NCBI GenBank assembly: GCA_950097015.1
Contig: CATNEN010000001.1
Location: forward strand, 2,852,001 to 2,916,000
Reading direction: 5' to 3'
DNA length: 64,000 bases
From: Macrostomum hystrix
Lineage: Eukaryota; Animalia; Platyhelminthes
Each line of letters opens with the position of its first letter. The stretch's first letter is position 1. Shown piece by piece: positions 22,571 through 36,294 of this stretch. The notes under the pieces are model-generated. The model made no database searches. It saw only the letters and a list, made by a program, of their open reading frames with translations, and had not been told where the DNA came from. The position numbers and the translations under genes were made by a program.

Positions 22571-23384
22571 TCGCAGAAGCCGCTAGCAAAGTCAGTTTCC
22601 CTGATGTCTATTATCCAATCGCAGGGCACCTATTGTCAGCAACGCGAAGTTGAAGCTATTCGAATCGCATTTGAAGTGGAAAGCGAAAAGTGCCCCTATT
22701 GCACTATGAAACACCATCAGGTCTGGCCTTCATTGGTCGCTGGTACACCTGGTACCGAATGAGCGAGCCCTATGTATTAGAGCTACTCGCGCAGCCAGAA
22801 TTCTTTGAGCATAGTGCTCAACATGGGTGGCTATGATCTAAGGCGTTATATGATTCGACTGCACATCAAGTGTGTGCTGCTCTTTGCGGCCAGATCGTCG
22901 CAGTCCTGTCGCTGGCTGGCCTCTGAAGCCATTCAGCTCCGGCCAGGGTCGGAGCCGTTGATATGGAAATCATTTTTAGCGCCAATGTTGACTGCGACTT
23001 TGATCCGGAGCTTCGCGGTGTGTCCTCGCGCAGGTAATACAATGAGAAAGTGAAACTCACTACTACTATTACTATAAATAGTAGATGCATTGATTTACAA
23101 TTGCGTCACAGATTCTATTAAACTACGAAGACTTAATTATGGGCTGGCGAGCAGATAGAGCGAATCTTCTTTCGCAATCAGAACTCGGAAAGTGGCTCGA
23201 TTCATGCGCTCCTAATCAGACTAGCATGCTGCACAATATTATTACCTCTTCCTGCGAAGAATTACATCCTGCGACGTGTCACCTCTGCTGACGTCATTCT
23301 CAACCAGGTCGGCTCTGTAAACTCGCTCTTTGGGACCTGGGTGGTCACTTAAACATTTCTTTAATTCTGCTTTGGTGTGCTTAT

Positions 23385-23716
23385 AATAATAATAATTGCA
23401 GGAGGCCTGCGGGCAGTGGCACATCATTTGGTGACACTAGAGACCCGCAGCCAGCGAGGAGGCAATTCTGCCCATTTCGCTGACTCCTGAGCACACACTC
23501 ACACAGGTGAGGACATCTGCCCTGACTTTCTCGTCGTCAGGCAGTGTACACTCTCACTGTGCCTTGGAGGTTGGCCCTCAAGGGCGTAAATTGCACGTCA
23601 AGCCACCAAGCCGCTCCGCGGCTGCGCCCCAAATAAATGTGGCCTCGCCGTGGAATCGAACTTAGGGACCTTGGTGCGAGAGGCCAACGCGATAACCGCT
23701 CCGCCACTGACCCCCT
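23385..23716 (-). mobile_element. tRNA-derived SINE, family A
   Basis: A box TGGCGGAGCGG, B box GTTCGATTC and a (TTA)n tail. Homologous to 26279-26646 and 30845-31175. Confidence 0.9.
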
Positions 23717-24269
23717 GCTTGGAGGTGCTTACTGGCCTGCGCTTTGCACTGCCACACTTTGGATAACAATCCTAGCAGTTGTCCACCGCAGCAGCAGCAG
23801 CAGCAGTTGTGTCAGGATCTTCAACAGCAGCAACAGAGAGCTTCGAGTCTTTGCTCTACAGCCAGTCTATAGCTGGATTGAAGTGCCCTAGTTAGGCCAG
23901 CGAGTCTATCCGGACCCGACCAACAGCTAGCTAGTCAGCAATCCCAGCTGTAGCAGCATGCAATCCGATTGTAACAAGCCAGCTTTTACAAGCCTAGGCA
24001 CGAAGCGGTTCTAATTTAAAGGCAAGCAGCAGTCAGGATTAAAAAAATTCATTTGTCTGCTTTTATCGGTTTTTAATGTTTACATTGATTTCTATTTCCT
24101 TTAATTTTGTTGTTTTTTAAACGGATCAGCTAATAAATTTCGTCTTTCACTTGTGTAGCTGCTCATTTAAAATAACTATAACTTTAACTATAAAATAGCT
24201 GCTCATTTACATAAAATGCTTTACTATCTTTTTGGCTATTATAATGTAGAAAATAATATCTCTTATCTT

Positions 24270-25385
24270 GCTCTCCCCTAATTCGTTCTCTCTCCCATCT
24301 TCCTCTTCCCTCGTCCTCTCTCCCATCTTCCTCTTCCCCAGTCCTCTCTCCCATCTTCCTCTCCCCTCGTCCTCTCTCCCATCTTCCTCTTCCCTAGTTC
24401 TCTCTCCCATAATTCGTTCTCTCTCCCATCTTCCTCTTCCCTAGTTCTCTCTCCCATCTTCCTCTTCCCCAGTCCTCTCTCCCATCTTCCTCTTCCCTAG
24501 TCCTCTCTCCCATCTTCCTCTCCCCTCGTTCTCTCTCCCATCTTCCTCTTCCCCAGTCCTCTCTCCCATCTTCCTCTCCCCTCGTCCTCTCTCCCATCTT
24601 CCTCTTCCCTAGTTCTCTCTCCCATCTTCCTCTTCCCCAGTCCTCTCTCCCATCTTCCTCTTCCCTAGTTCTCTCTCCCATCTTCCTCTTCCCCAGTCCT
24701 CTCTCCCATCTTCCTCTTCCCTAGTCCTCTCTCCCATCTTCCTCTCCCCTCGTTCTCTCTCCCATCTTCCTCTCCTCTTATTCTCTCTCCCATCTTCCTC
24801 TCCCCTCGTCCTCTCTCCCATCTTCCTCTTCCCTAGTTCTCTCTCCCATCTTCCTCTCCTCTTATTCTCTCTCCCATCTTCCTCTTCCCTCGTTCTCTCT
24901 CCCATCTTCCTCTCCCCTCCTTCTCTCCCCCATCTTACTCTTCCCTCGTTCTCTCTCCCATCTTCCTCTTCCCTCGTTCTCTCTCCCATCTTCCTCTCCC
25001 CTCGTCCTCTCTCCCATCTTCCTCTTCCCTCGTTCTCTCTCCCATCTTCCTCTTCCCTCGTCCTCTCTCCCATCTTCCTCTTCCCTCGTTCTCTCTCCCA
25101 TCTTCCTCTTCCCTCGTTCTCTCTCCCATCTTCCTCTTCCCTCGTTCTTTCTCCCATTTTCCTCTTCCCTCGTCCTCTCTCCCATCTTCCTCTCCCCTCG
25201 TCCTCTCTCCCATCTTCCTCTTCCCTAGTTCTCTCTCCCATCTTCCTCTCCTCTTATTCTCTCTCCCATCTTCCTCTTCCCTAGTTCTCTCTCCCATCTT
25301 CCTCTTCCCTCATTCTCTCTCCCATCTACCTCTTCCCTCGTTCTCTCTCCCATCTTGCTCTTCTCTCATCCTGTCTTCCATCTTC
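24270..25385. repeat. 28-bp polypyrimidine/polypurine minisatellite
   Basis: Roughly 40 units of TCTCTCTCCCATCTTCCTCTTCCCTCGT. Confidence 0.97.
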
Positions 25386-25768
25386 TGTGCTCACAATCTT
25401 TAAAGCTCTCCTGGGTAATAATTTTTGCATAATGGCAGAATGACAGAAACGAAGGCTCCACTTCCTAGCTGTTTAAAAATCGAATAAAAAAGTAAAAAAA
25501 GTAGTTTCTAGGAAACTAGTGAATTTTGTTTTAGCCAGTAACCATGGTAACTAGGCCCAACTGTTTCTCTGTCTGTTAGTTTTTAGCATCCAGTTTCATT
25601 TTTTCTATTTGTCGTCCTACGGTGCGGGATCTGAATTTTAGTTACACTGAGTCCTTTTAATATTTTTTTGGGATAAAATGCTAACTACAAGTCTATATAA
25701 TAGTAGGACTTACCTGCGGCTTTAGTGAGCTAGATTATCACAGTTAGATTTCTATTAAATATCAATAA

Positions 25769-27192
25769 ATGTTTTCCCCCTTAGTGGCGTTACTGTTAGC
25801 TGCCATTTGTGGCAGCCTGGCTCATGATGTGCTGTACCAGGCGGTTGTTAGGCAAGGCACATTGACAAAGCCTTCTGTCATGAGGTCCAGTTCAGGCGCA
25901 GCTAAAATTGCCTGCGCATTCAGCTGCAGCAGAACACCCGCCTGCTTTGGCTTCGTCTGGCTGATGCAGTCTTATCTCTGCCAGATGTTCAATCGGTCCG
26001 CTTACAGCAGCAGCTTCGAGTGGCAGCCGTGTTCGGAACCATGCCAAATGTACATTCACGTCAGCAGTGAGTTAATCAGCCCCTTCATCTGGCACAGCCA
26101 GGGGCACAGACAAATTTGGCTGTGTACAGCTGTTCAGTCCATGGACTGGGCAGGCTTCCCCAGCTAGTACCCATTCCATTGCTCCTGAAGGAATGGGAAA
26201 TTATAGTGTCTTGCCCAAAGACACAACTTGTCAGAAGGCTCTAACCACTAGCTCCTTAGTGATAACATTAGTGAGTTATAATAATAATAATAATAATTGC
26301 AGGAGGGCTGCGGGCAATGGTACATCATTTGGTGACACTAGACGCGCAGCCAGCAAGGAGGCAGTTCCTCCCATTTCGCTGACTCCTGAGCACACACGCA
26401 CACAGATACCGTACGCAGGCACACGCTCACACAGGTGTGTACATCTGCCCTGACTTTCTCATCGTCAGGCAGTGTACACTTCACTGTGCCTTGGAGGTTG
26501 GCCCTCAAGGGCGTAAATTGCACGACAAGCCCCCCAAGCCTTCTCTTCGCGGCTGCGCCCCAAATAAATGTGGCCTCGCCGTGGAATCGAACTTAGGGAC
26601 CTTGGTGCGAGAGGCAAACGCGTTAACCGCTCTGCCACCGACCCCCAACATTAGTGAGTTAGTAAATAGTAATGGTATTGGCACCAGCCGAAGTCATCTG
26701 GCACCCCCAGTATACGCAGCAGAGATTGAGTAGCAGGTTTGGTAAGAGTCGAAGACTGCTCACAAGTTTGCGTGCTTGAATGCAAACTCCACATTATCCG
26801 CAGAGCCGGAAACACCTCGCTTTGTCAGCTGCCAGCAGAGCAGCACACCGAATCCAATCAACGACGACTGCACCCACGCCATCGACGGAAACAGGAGCCA
26901 AGTGTTCACTGCCGGTTCGTGCACCCACACGAGCTTCAACCCCAATCAATGGTGGGAGGGTCAGCTTGCCAGTTCAGCTGTAGTGTCCTACGTCACCATC
27001 TACAACAGAGCCGACTGTTGCCAGCAGAGACTCAATGCCTTCTCGCTGCAGATGGACGGCATTGAATGCAACCGGGTGAACCTGACTTCGCCATTCTCTG
27101 TGGCCAACTTCACCTGCAACTCGTTCGGCAGTCGGATCCGCCTGCTCAGTCTCGTGTCTGACCTGAACCAGTTCGAACCTGTTTGGGAATAA
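25769..27192 (+). CDS. Secreted PAN/apple + F-type lectin (fucolectin) domain protein; exons 25769-26066 and 26804-27192
   Basis: Signal peptide, then the CAFSCSRTPACFGF..C PAN pattern. In-frame phase-1 splice. AIDGN, CTHT, WW and NRADCCQQRL give the fucose-binding signature. Confidence 0.85.
26279..26646 (-). mobile_element. tRNA-derived SINE, family A, full length
   Basis: 15-bp TSD AACATTAGTGAGTTA (26264-26278, 26647-26661), A/B boxes and a (TTA)n tail. Confidence 0.95.
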
Positions 27193-27811
27193 CACTCAGC
27201 CATAACCAACATAGTGTAAATCAAAATCGTTTGATTTCACAAGTCTACTTCTTTTTTCAGTTTCAAATCCACGCATGCATGCATATTATATGAAGTAAAA
27301 TACACATTAAAAGTTGACAATATCAAATACGATAGAGTTATATTGCATAGACATCAGGTGATTTGACTGTAGGGGCAAATTACAGTTCATGCAGAATCGG
27401 GCGAAAAAAGGGAAAAGCTGCTTTTTGGAAGAATTCACTCAATACTTCAATTGCCAATATTTCCTTCAAAAGAATAAAAAAATATGGCAAAAAAATTTTG
27501 GCGCTCTGAAACCCAGTCGCTTACTTCTGGTCTTTATTTTTTTCTCATTCTTGTCTCATTTCTTCCGGGTTGGGATGACAATCAAAAACCAAACCAAAAA
27601 CCAATACATGCGCCCTGATTCAGCTTGAGTTGCTTGCGATTGTGTGGCCTCACAATGGTGTCGTTTGTTGCTGGAAGCTGCCTTCCCACACTTCTGACTT
27701 ATGGTCTCTATTATTTAGAATCTTTTTGAAGTCATGCCGCCGATCAAATCCTTCTGACAATTTCACTTTCCGCTATTTCAGCGCCTTCTATGCCATCATA
27801 AAGGCTTTCAG

Positions 27812-28295
27812 TCATGTGCCATGTGCCATGTGCCATGTTCCATGTGCCATGTGCCATGTGCCATGTTCCATGTGCCATGTTCCATGTGCCATGTGCCATG
27901 TGCCATGTTCCATGTGCCATGTTCCATGTGCCATGTTCCATATGGCACTGGCATTGTTATCACTTGCTATCATACACAGTGATTTGATAGTGACTGCACA
28001 GCGATTAAATAGTGATCGGACAGTTTTGGGTGGTGATTAGACAGTGATTAGATATAGATTGGACAGTGATTAGATAGCGATTGATTAGTGATTAGATAGT
28101 GATTTGATGATGATTGGGCAGTGGACAGTGATTATATAGTGATTGGACAGTGATTAGATAGTGATTGGACAGTGATTATATAGTGGTTGGACAATGATTA
28201 GATAGTGATTGGACAGTGATTAGATACTGATTGTGATATCTGTGATTAGATAGTGATTTGATAATGATTGGATAATGATTGGACAGTGATTGGAT
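27812..28295. repeat. (CATGTGC)n 7-mer array followed by a degenerate 11-mer (GATTRGAYAGT) array
   Basis: Visible tandem units at 27812-27940 and 28010-28295. Confidence 0.9.
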
Positions 28296-30589
28296 AGCAG
28301 AGATGGGCAGCAGATGTTGAAATTTTGGCACACGCACTGCTGAGTTCCGTGCGAGTATAAAACAGAAGCTTGATGAAGATGTAGTCAGATAGGTTGGATA
28401 GGTTGTGCGGCACGAGTGCCCACAGTTCTGACACTCTGAGAAAGAAGAATCTGCCGATAAAAGAGCCCTTTGGTATAATCGTCTTTTTTACTCGATTTCC
28501 GGAATACCTGTATAGTCCAGTATTATCTATAAGGTATCACAGAGTTAAAGTAAATATTAAACCTTTAAGGCTGCTTCAGCTCACCTGATGGAGAAGCTCA
28601 CAATCGTTGTACAAAATTGCTCCAAATTCCATTTAGCATTCTTAAAGTGACAGCTGTGACATAATGTCACTACTAAATTGATGAAAGTTAATCATTTGGA
28701 GAATGAAGTTAAGTATTTTAAACTTAAGGATTTTGAACCTCGGAAGATGGCATGAGCGCTCAGGACATGGTTTCGTGTTCCTCCCCCGATTTGACAGCGT
28801 GAGTGACCGCCATGGCGCATTTGAAGTTCGGAGACTGCGAGACTTGCGATGGAGCTCCAGAGTCACAGAGTTCAGAGAGGAATAAGGCCGTGTTATCGGA
28901 GATTGTCGGATGCCATCAGACCAGACTCGCGGACTGGGCGTGGAAGTTCTGCCTCCCCGCAGACACTCCGCTTCGATTCCCATTCCTTCCAGCGTTCACG
29001 CAGACTCTGCTGTCGCAGCCTGTCAAGACTGTCCTCGCACCTGTACGCAAACTTCCGCTGCCTGAGCTGGAGTCTCCAAGCTGAGCTGCTCCGCAATCGC
29101 ACAGCAATCGACTTCGATGCGTGGCTCTCAGAGCTGCAAGAGGACCCGGACTTGGAGGAGCTGCTCACCTGCAGGCTCACAACAGCGACCAAGTTGAGCA
29201 CGTGGAGTTCAGCCTGCGACAGATGGAGACCGTCAGGGACGAGAGGCGCGTCGCCATGGAGACGCAGGATGAGGAGAAGATCCGCTGCGTGATGGAGAAG
29301 CTGGGGCGACTAAGAAATTCAAATCTATTACATGCAGTTTCTATGGAAACGGAGTGACACCGTCTGAATGTAAGGTCGAGCACAGGGGCAGAAGCCACAT
29401 GACAGCTAGTGAAGACAGCTGCCGAGGTCCCCGCCTGTCATGAAGCTGAAGGTGGCGGGGCGTCTCATTCAGCTCATCGCTGGACAATGCAGCATGCTGT
29501 GGCGCTGACTTTGGTGTACTTTTATTTGACCGCTTTTTCCGTAATTTAAGTGTAAAATGATTCTGCTTTTTATCCTTGCCACATTTGGTTTTTATATCTT
29601 AACAATACTGGCTTGATTTGCATTGCTAAACGCCGCAGTCTGTCATTTCGCATGCTCTCTAATGTAAATTCAAAATCTAAGCTGGTTTGGCAGCTTAACA
29701 GAAAATTAGACGATAAACTAAAATAATTCTCTCAAGCATTAAGGGCATAAAAATTATATTTTTATGTTCGTCATTGACGACTGCACCATTGTAAATCAGT
29801 GATTTCAGTTGTAGCGAATTCATGATTCATGATTCATGTTTAAATAGATTATAATCAACAAATTAGCTATCTTAGTGTAGTAATTGTTGTGCTAATATAG
29901 ATAAACAAAGGCTTCAGCACACACTATTTATTTTTGGGACACGTCGAAAAAAATGAAAAAAACTCATTAAGCCTTTAAAAATTCGAAATTTATAGATGGC
30001 ATTGTGATGGACAAGCAGCACACAAACACAGAAAAAAGAAAACACAAAAGAGAAAACTAAGCGACAAGCTCACACACAATAATACTACTGTTGCTGAGTA
30101 AGCATCCGAGTGCATGCAGCTAATTATAAAAAGAAAAAGCGTTTTCAGGCAAGTTAGCATGCTTAAAATTTAAACTTTGTTTAACATAAAGAAAATGATT
30201 CCTTTTGCTTTTAAGAACGAAAAGATTCGTTGTAGAAACCAGAAACTTGTGTACACAATATTGAGGTAAAATTCCTGTCAAGCTAAAAAACTATAATTAA
30301 GAAACAAAGACTAGAGCGAAGTAAGAACGACAAGTAAAACTTCAATGAATAGTTTTCAAGTCAAAGGGTAGTTTGAGTCCGTAGAGATTAAATATGAACA
30401 GGGAAGCACTGAACTCATTTGCTCAGCTTTAACGAAAGCAGAAAAACTGAATTCCTGATAGTGATTTTAATTGATTGCAAAATAGGACCATTGCATTGCG
30501 GGTTTAACAATCAACTCAATGTGGATTCGAACTCATGACTCATCACTAAAAAGCGCGTCGAAATTTTTATTTCAGTTTTAACGCTTATT

Positions 30590-32791
30590 TTAAACCTTCG
30601 CAGTAGTTTTCTCATCGTTTGACCTGCTTCCATTAGAAGGCGTTTGACAGTCAACTAGCTGCTGCTGCTGCCTCTGTAGCAATGCTTCACCGGCTCGTGT
30701 CAGTTGCGCCTTGGTTCGCTGAGTCAATGGATGCTCAGGACCCAAGCTAGCCGTGTAGATCTCTGACGCACGTCTATAGTGATTGCTGGCCTCGTTAGCT
30801 CGACCCTGAAATAGTTAAATGAAATTATGACGAGGCATTTAATAGGGGGTCGGTGGCAGAGCGGTTAAGGCGTTTGCCTCTCGCACCAAGGTCCCTTAGC
30901 TCGATTCCGCGGCGAGGCCACATTTATTTGGGGCGCAGCCGAGGAGAGAAGGCTTGGGGGCTTGTCGTTCCCTTGAGGGCCAACCTCCAAGGCACAGTGA
31001 AATGCACACTGCCTGACGATGAGAATGTCAGGGCAGATGTACACACCTGTGTGAGTGTGTGCCTGCGTACCGTATCTGTGTGCGTGTGTGCTCAGGAGTC
31101 AGCGAAATGGGCAGAATTGCCTCCTCGCTGACTGTGGGTCAAGTGTTACCAAATGATGTGCGATTGAACAGCGCTTATAACTTGTATAATTATCAATTCT
31201 CACCTGACTAAGACACAATGCCGCCAAGCCGCACAGTTGCCTAGCAACATCCGGATGCTGATTGCCAAGCAGAGATTCTCTAATAGATAGCGCCCTGGCG
31301 CACATAGACTCAGCCACAGCCGGCCTACCCATGCGACCCTGCAGAGCGGCTAGATTAGTGAGGCTGGCGGCTACAGCCGGGCTGTCCGCACCGTAGGCTC
31401 GTTCGCGTATTCTCAATGCCTCGGAGCATTGGGCTGCGGCTTCAGCTAGGCGGCCGCGCCGGCGGCTGATACTAGACGCCAGGCTAAGCGCGGCGGCCAG
31501 ATCCGGATGGTCGGGTCCCGGATCGCGACGCAGCTGAACTAGGGAGCGTTGGCAGACACTGGCGGCCAGGTCTAGACGACCCAAGCTGACGCATTGGCCA
31601 ACCTGCATTAGGGAAGGCGTGCTTTTTGGAGTCCAGCTACATGAAGATTTAACCTAGGTCGAGCTGTATAACTTGACGATTTATCACATACATATTAGAC
31701 GCTCCATCATACACCTCATATATACGATTAGATGTAAATATTAGACGCTGTGTAATTTACCGCATACATTCGACGATGAGTAATTTATCTACCGTATCTA
31801 TTCGATGTTGTGTCATTTAGTACAGACATCGATTCCACATTGTACTACCGTCGTTGATTCGACGTTGTGTCATTAAGTATAGACATCGATTCGACGTTGT
31901 GTCATTAAGTATAGACATCGATTCGACGTTGTGTCATTAAGTATAGACATCGATTCGACGTTGTGTCATTTAATATAGACATCGATTCGACGTTGTGTCA
32001 TTAAGTATAGACATCGATTCGACGTTGTGTCATTTAATATAGACATCGATTCGACGTTGTGTCATTAAGTATAGACATCGATTCGACGTTGTGTCATTAA
32101 GTATAGACATCGATTCGATGTTGTGTCATTTACTACAGTAATTGATTCGACGTTGTGTCATTTAGTACAGTCACTGATTTGACCTTGTGTCATTTAGTAC
32201 AGACATAGTAGCGAACACGCGAAAACAGTGATAGCTGTTCATGTTAGACCTGGTTATTTTTTTACTTACTGTGCGGTGCAGGCCTTTCAACCTAGCTGGC
32301 ACACCTTCTGAGTCAACAGAATCCAGCGAGGTCAAGGAAGTCAGCGGTGTGGCAGCCAAGGCGGACACAGATGTAGTGGTTGCAGAGGATGACTCCAGTC
32401 CAGTTACACTAGCACTAGCCGAGATATATTTGCCAGTCGGCAAGTCGTACAGCTCTCGAAGAAATCTAAGCTGTTCACATTCGACAATTAGTTCAACAGT
32501 GCGGCATTCGCGTTGACGCAGTGCGTCCTGAGTGTCAGTTAAGCTACAGCGCAGGTTGGTATTTTCGCGCGCTAATGAACGTGCTTCGGCGCGTAATGCA
32601 GCACGCTGCGATTCTAATTGAAGTAGGCGCTCAACTGATACTGCCAGAAGTTGTGCGGCATCGTAGGCCTCGGCGACTGCATCTGGCTTAGAAGATTTCG
32701 ATGATTGAAAAGAATTGGTTGGCGTAGCTGACAGCGCTTTTAGACGCTCAAGTACTGAGCGAGCAGTCTGAAGAAGCTGCTGCAGGTCAGA
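30590..32791 (-). CDS. klc: Kinesin light chain-like protein; exons 32791-32270, 31602-31204, 30805-30590; first exon not located
   Basis: Heptad region ESQRAALRAEARSLARENTNLR, VPARLKGLH and TPRs (HPDLA, SPAVAASLTNLA, HPDVARQL). All three exons are phase 0 with GT-AG boundaries. Confidence 0.85.
30845..31175 (+). mobile_element. tRNA-derived SINE, family A (in a klc intron)
   Basis: Reverse-orientation homolog of 26279-26646. Confidence 0.9.
31800..32205. repeat. 32-bp intronic minisatellite
   Basis: CGATTCGACGTTGTGTCATTAAGTATAGACAT units. Confidence 0.95.
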
Positions 32792-33045
32792 CTGAAATAC
32801 AAGAATATTCAGCATAACCACTTTTTGCTTTAAAATAAAAAATACTTGTGATTTACTTAAAATCAGTAGCTTTCACATATTTATTGGCAGAGAAAGCTTC
32901 AAGGTAATTTAATAAAAATGCCTAAACTATAACTACACAAACAGCTGAGTACTTTTATGGCAGCATTAATACCTAAATCCATATATACATACATACTTAA
33001 CAAGACTAGAACTATAGACTCGGATAGATTCTAATATGTAAATAA

Positions 33046-33367
33046 TGTGGGCACTGGCACACTATTTAGTGACACAAGACCCACAGCCAGTAAGGAAGCG
33101 ATGCTGCCTAATTTGCAAACTCCTGAGCACACACACACACACAATATGCAGGCACATGCTCATATAGGTAAGTATGTACATTTGCCCTATTTTTATTATT
33201 GTCAGAAGTATACATTTCACTGTGCCTTAAGGGCATAAATTGCACAACAAGCCCCCCAGCCTTCTCTCTGTGGCTGCACACCAAATAAATGTGGCCTTGT
33301 CATAGAATTGAGCTTAGGGACATTTGAACAAGAGGCAAAGGCAGTTAAACTGGTTTACCGCTGACCA
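33046..33367 (-). mobile_element. Degraded SINE, family A
   Basis: Diverged match to 26300-26646. Confidence 0.8.
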
Positions 33368-35708
33368 CATAAAGAGATTGTCTAGGTTATTCTGAAATTT
33401 AGCAATAATATCTAAAATATAACTCAGCTGTTGAGTACTCAACAGCTGAGTACTTTTGTGCTAGCAATTACATCTAAATCTATTCTGTATCTGAATATAT
33501 GTAGATTCTGATGTTAAAAAGCAACAATAAATCCATATATTTTTAAAGATAGAATATTACTGACATATTATTTATATAAATTTGTAATTATATTTCTGTA
33601 TGCTTAAAAACTGTATTAAAGATCTTTTTTTGTGAGAATGACTGCTTGGCTTAGTTAAATGTAAACTATTTTTTATATAAAGTATAATAGATATTATGAT
33701 TTGATAATGGAAGTAAATAGGCATAATGTGTTTCAAGACATTCAAGGCAATATTTTTTGTTTTCATATTTCTAGCTTATTGTTCATACCTAAGGACCAAT
33801 CACCTGATTCATAGAAAAAAGACAATTTGAAAACCTAATTGTGAGATAGTATAACAAATAGAATTAAATATGAAAAAAACAAATATGATTAAAAAGACAG
33901 TTGACAAAACAACCTGGAATCACATGTTCTATTAGGCCTACTTTATTAGTATTTTATTTTAAGTAAAAAAATAAACAAGTTACTTGTTAAAAGCTCTCTA
34001 AGCTTTGTTGCTTTAAGTTTAATTTCTTATCTAAAATCAGTCTTTGAAAGAAGAAAACTATTATTAGGCTTGCAAATCAAAATTGCAATGCTTAAATAAT
34101 GTATGTCTCTGTAGATGTTTCTGTACACCATAGGCCTAGGCTACAGCGTAGGCCTAAGACTTTTCTAAATGGATATCACTTTCTCAAAAACAATAGAGCC
34201 ATCATCACTGGATTTTTTCAGCAAGTTAAATTTTGCTGCATGCTAATAAGGTGGTAATAGAGTAGACACAAATGATACAAAAATGTACAATGGCTAGCTA
34301 GGCCTAGTAGGAGCAATTGCCAATTATGACAAACTGTTGACTTGGCATTCGGAGCATTTACAACTACGAAAGCTACTGCGGTCTGCGACCTTTGTAACAC
34401 GATCGTATGTTGTCTGCAGGTCCGCGTTTTAGGAATAAATTCTATAACATAATCAGCAATCGCCGATCGTGCTATACGCTGCACAATCATTAGGGGTGGC
34501 CACTGGCCAGATACAGAGTCACGAAAAATACGAAGTGGTGGCATCTCAAATTGTTTCGTATTATTTGGTTTATCTTAAATTTTTAATTAAAAAACACAGT
34601 TTTACAATTTTTGAAGTTTAAGAATTTTTATTTTTAAAGCCTAATTTTATATTTTATATGAAATAATACAATAAAAGCTATAAGTTTCGTTTATTTTCTG
34701 AAATCATGGTTGCACGTCTTTAAAATAAGTTTTTACGTATTTTTCTATGATTTATTCAGAAACGTTTGTCTTTAGGCCTATGTATTACAGAATACAGCTA
34801 CGTGTATCAGAGCAAAGCCAATGTGTTTTGGTGCTAGTAATTTCGTAAACTGCCATTGCGTCAAAGTGTTGATGGACTGACAAAAATATTTGGTTTCCCA
34901 CAATGACGTGTTGAATGCTCAATAAGCTCAATAAGATTCCAGGGACCAGTTAACCGTATTTGGTATTTGTATGTGTTACTTGTAAGGTTTCAAAGTCAGC
35001 TTAATATGCTGAGCTTATCTTATGTAAGCCACTTCTGTATTAGGTGAAAATGTCCACATTTTTGCATGTTGCTTGTAAATTCACAATTATTTAAATATTT
35101 TTATAGGTCCATTTAAAATTAAGCTCTACATTGCTAGGCCCTATGGAGTAGGCCTATTGGCATAATCAGCACGCCTAGAGGGACTTAAATGGATATAATA
35201 TAAGGTTTGTTACATTAAGTTCATCATCATCTAATATTTAGTCCAGTACCTTACTCCATTACAGTACTGATCAATATATTGTATTATATTATTATTAAAT
35301 ATTGAATGCTTTAATACCATTTATTAATTTAAATTGGATAGGCCCCCCTATTTAGCGTTTACAAAATATTGAAATATGACAACAAATGAGAAATGAAAAT
35401 TGTAAACAAATATATAAGGGTCCAGACACAGAGGCAACCAGAGAACAATAAAGCCAACTTAGACAGAGATAGGATAAAAGATAAGGAAGCTGCTAAACAG
35501 GAAAATAGACAAAGGAATGGCTGAGGGTTGAGAGCCAATGCCATGAGAACTGTCAAGACTGGAGAGGAGTAGTAGAAGAAAATTTGATCAAGAATAGAAT
35601 GCCAGTAGAGAAGCTGAACTCAATAGAGGAAAGAAAGAGCTAAGATTTGAGAAGCCCCAGTTTGTAAGAAAGGGTTGCAAAAAGGTAAGAAAAAGGGGTA
35701 GGTAGAAA

Positions 35709-36294
35709 GCCATAGTCAGGAAGGTGTTGTGCACGCTGGAATTTTCTGGCATGCACTTTGGACAGCACAAGGAATTCGGCGGGCATGGCGTGCATTTTAA
35801 TGCATGTCGCATATCGGCGTACATTCGGGTGTGCACATAAAGAATGACAAAAAAGTTGGTATACACAATTCATGGTAAGAAAGTATTCTTGTGTGCATTT
35901 CTTTACTTAAAAGCTTTTCAAGGCAGTTTTTATTTCTTCATTAAATATCATAAAAGTTTCCGATGTCTCTTTATTACGACAATCGTTATCAAATTTGTCA
36001 TTATCTTACAAAAATTTATATTTAAATATGCCTGTTGATTTAATTTTTACAATACCACATTATGAATATGAAATTACCACATTCATGGAATTTTGTAAAG
36101 TCCATACACCAAGACCAATGACCAAGTCAACTTAGTCAAGTCACCAATACCAACTAACTAGCTATTAATAATTTATTAGTTGTTACGGCGTGCATCCGGC
36201 GTGCATCGCTTTTGCCTTGGTGTGCGCTGGTGTGCAAACAAAAAACTCTTGACTTTTGCTTCTGGCGTGCACCTAGCATGATCCGGACTATGGG
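35709..36294. mobile_element. Probable non-autonomous TIR element with subterminal GGCGTGCA repeats (CACTA/EnSpm-like)
   Basis: CCATAGTCAGGA / TCCGGACTATGG termini. GGYGTGCA motifs are clustered at both ends. Confidence 0.5.

Noticed and set aside
24207-25297. Long repetitive ORFs (MGERTREEEDG...)
   Set aside because: Translation artefacts of a 28-bp minisatellite.
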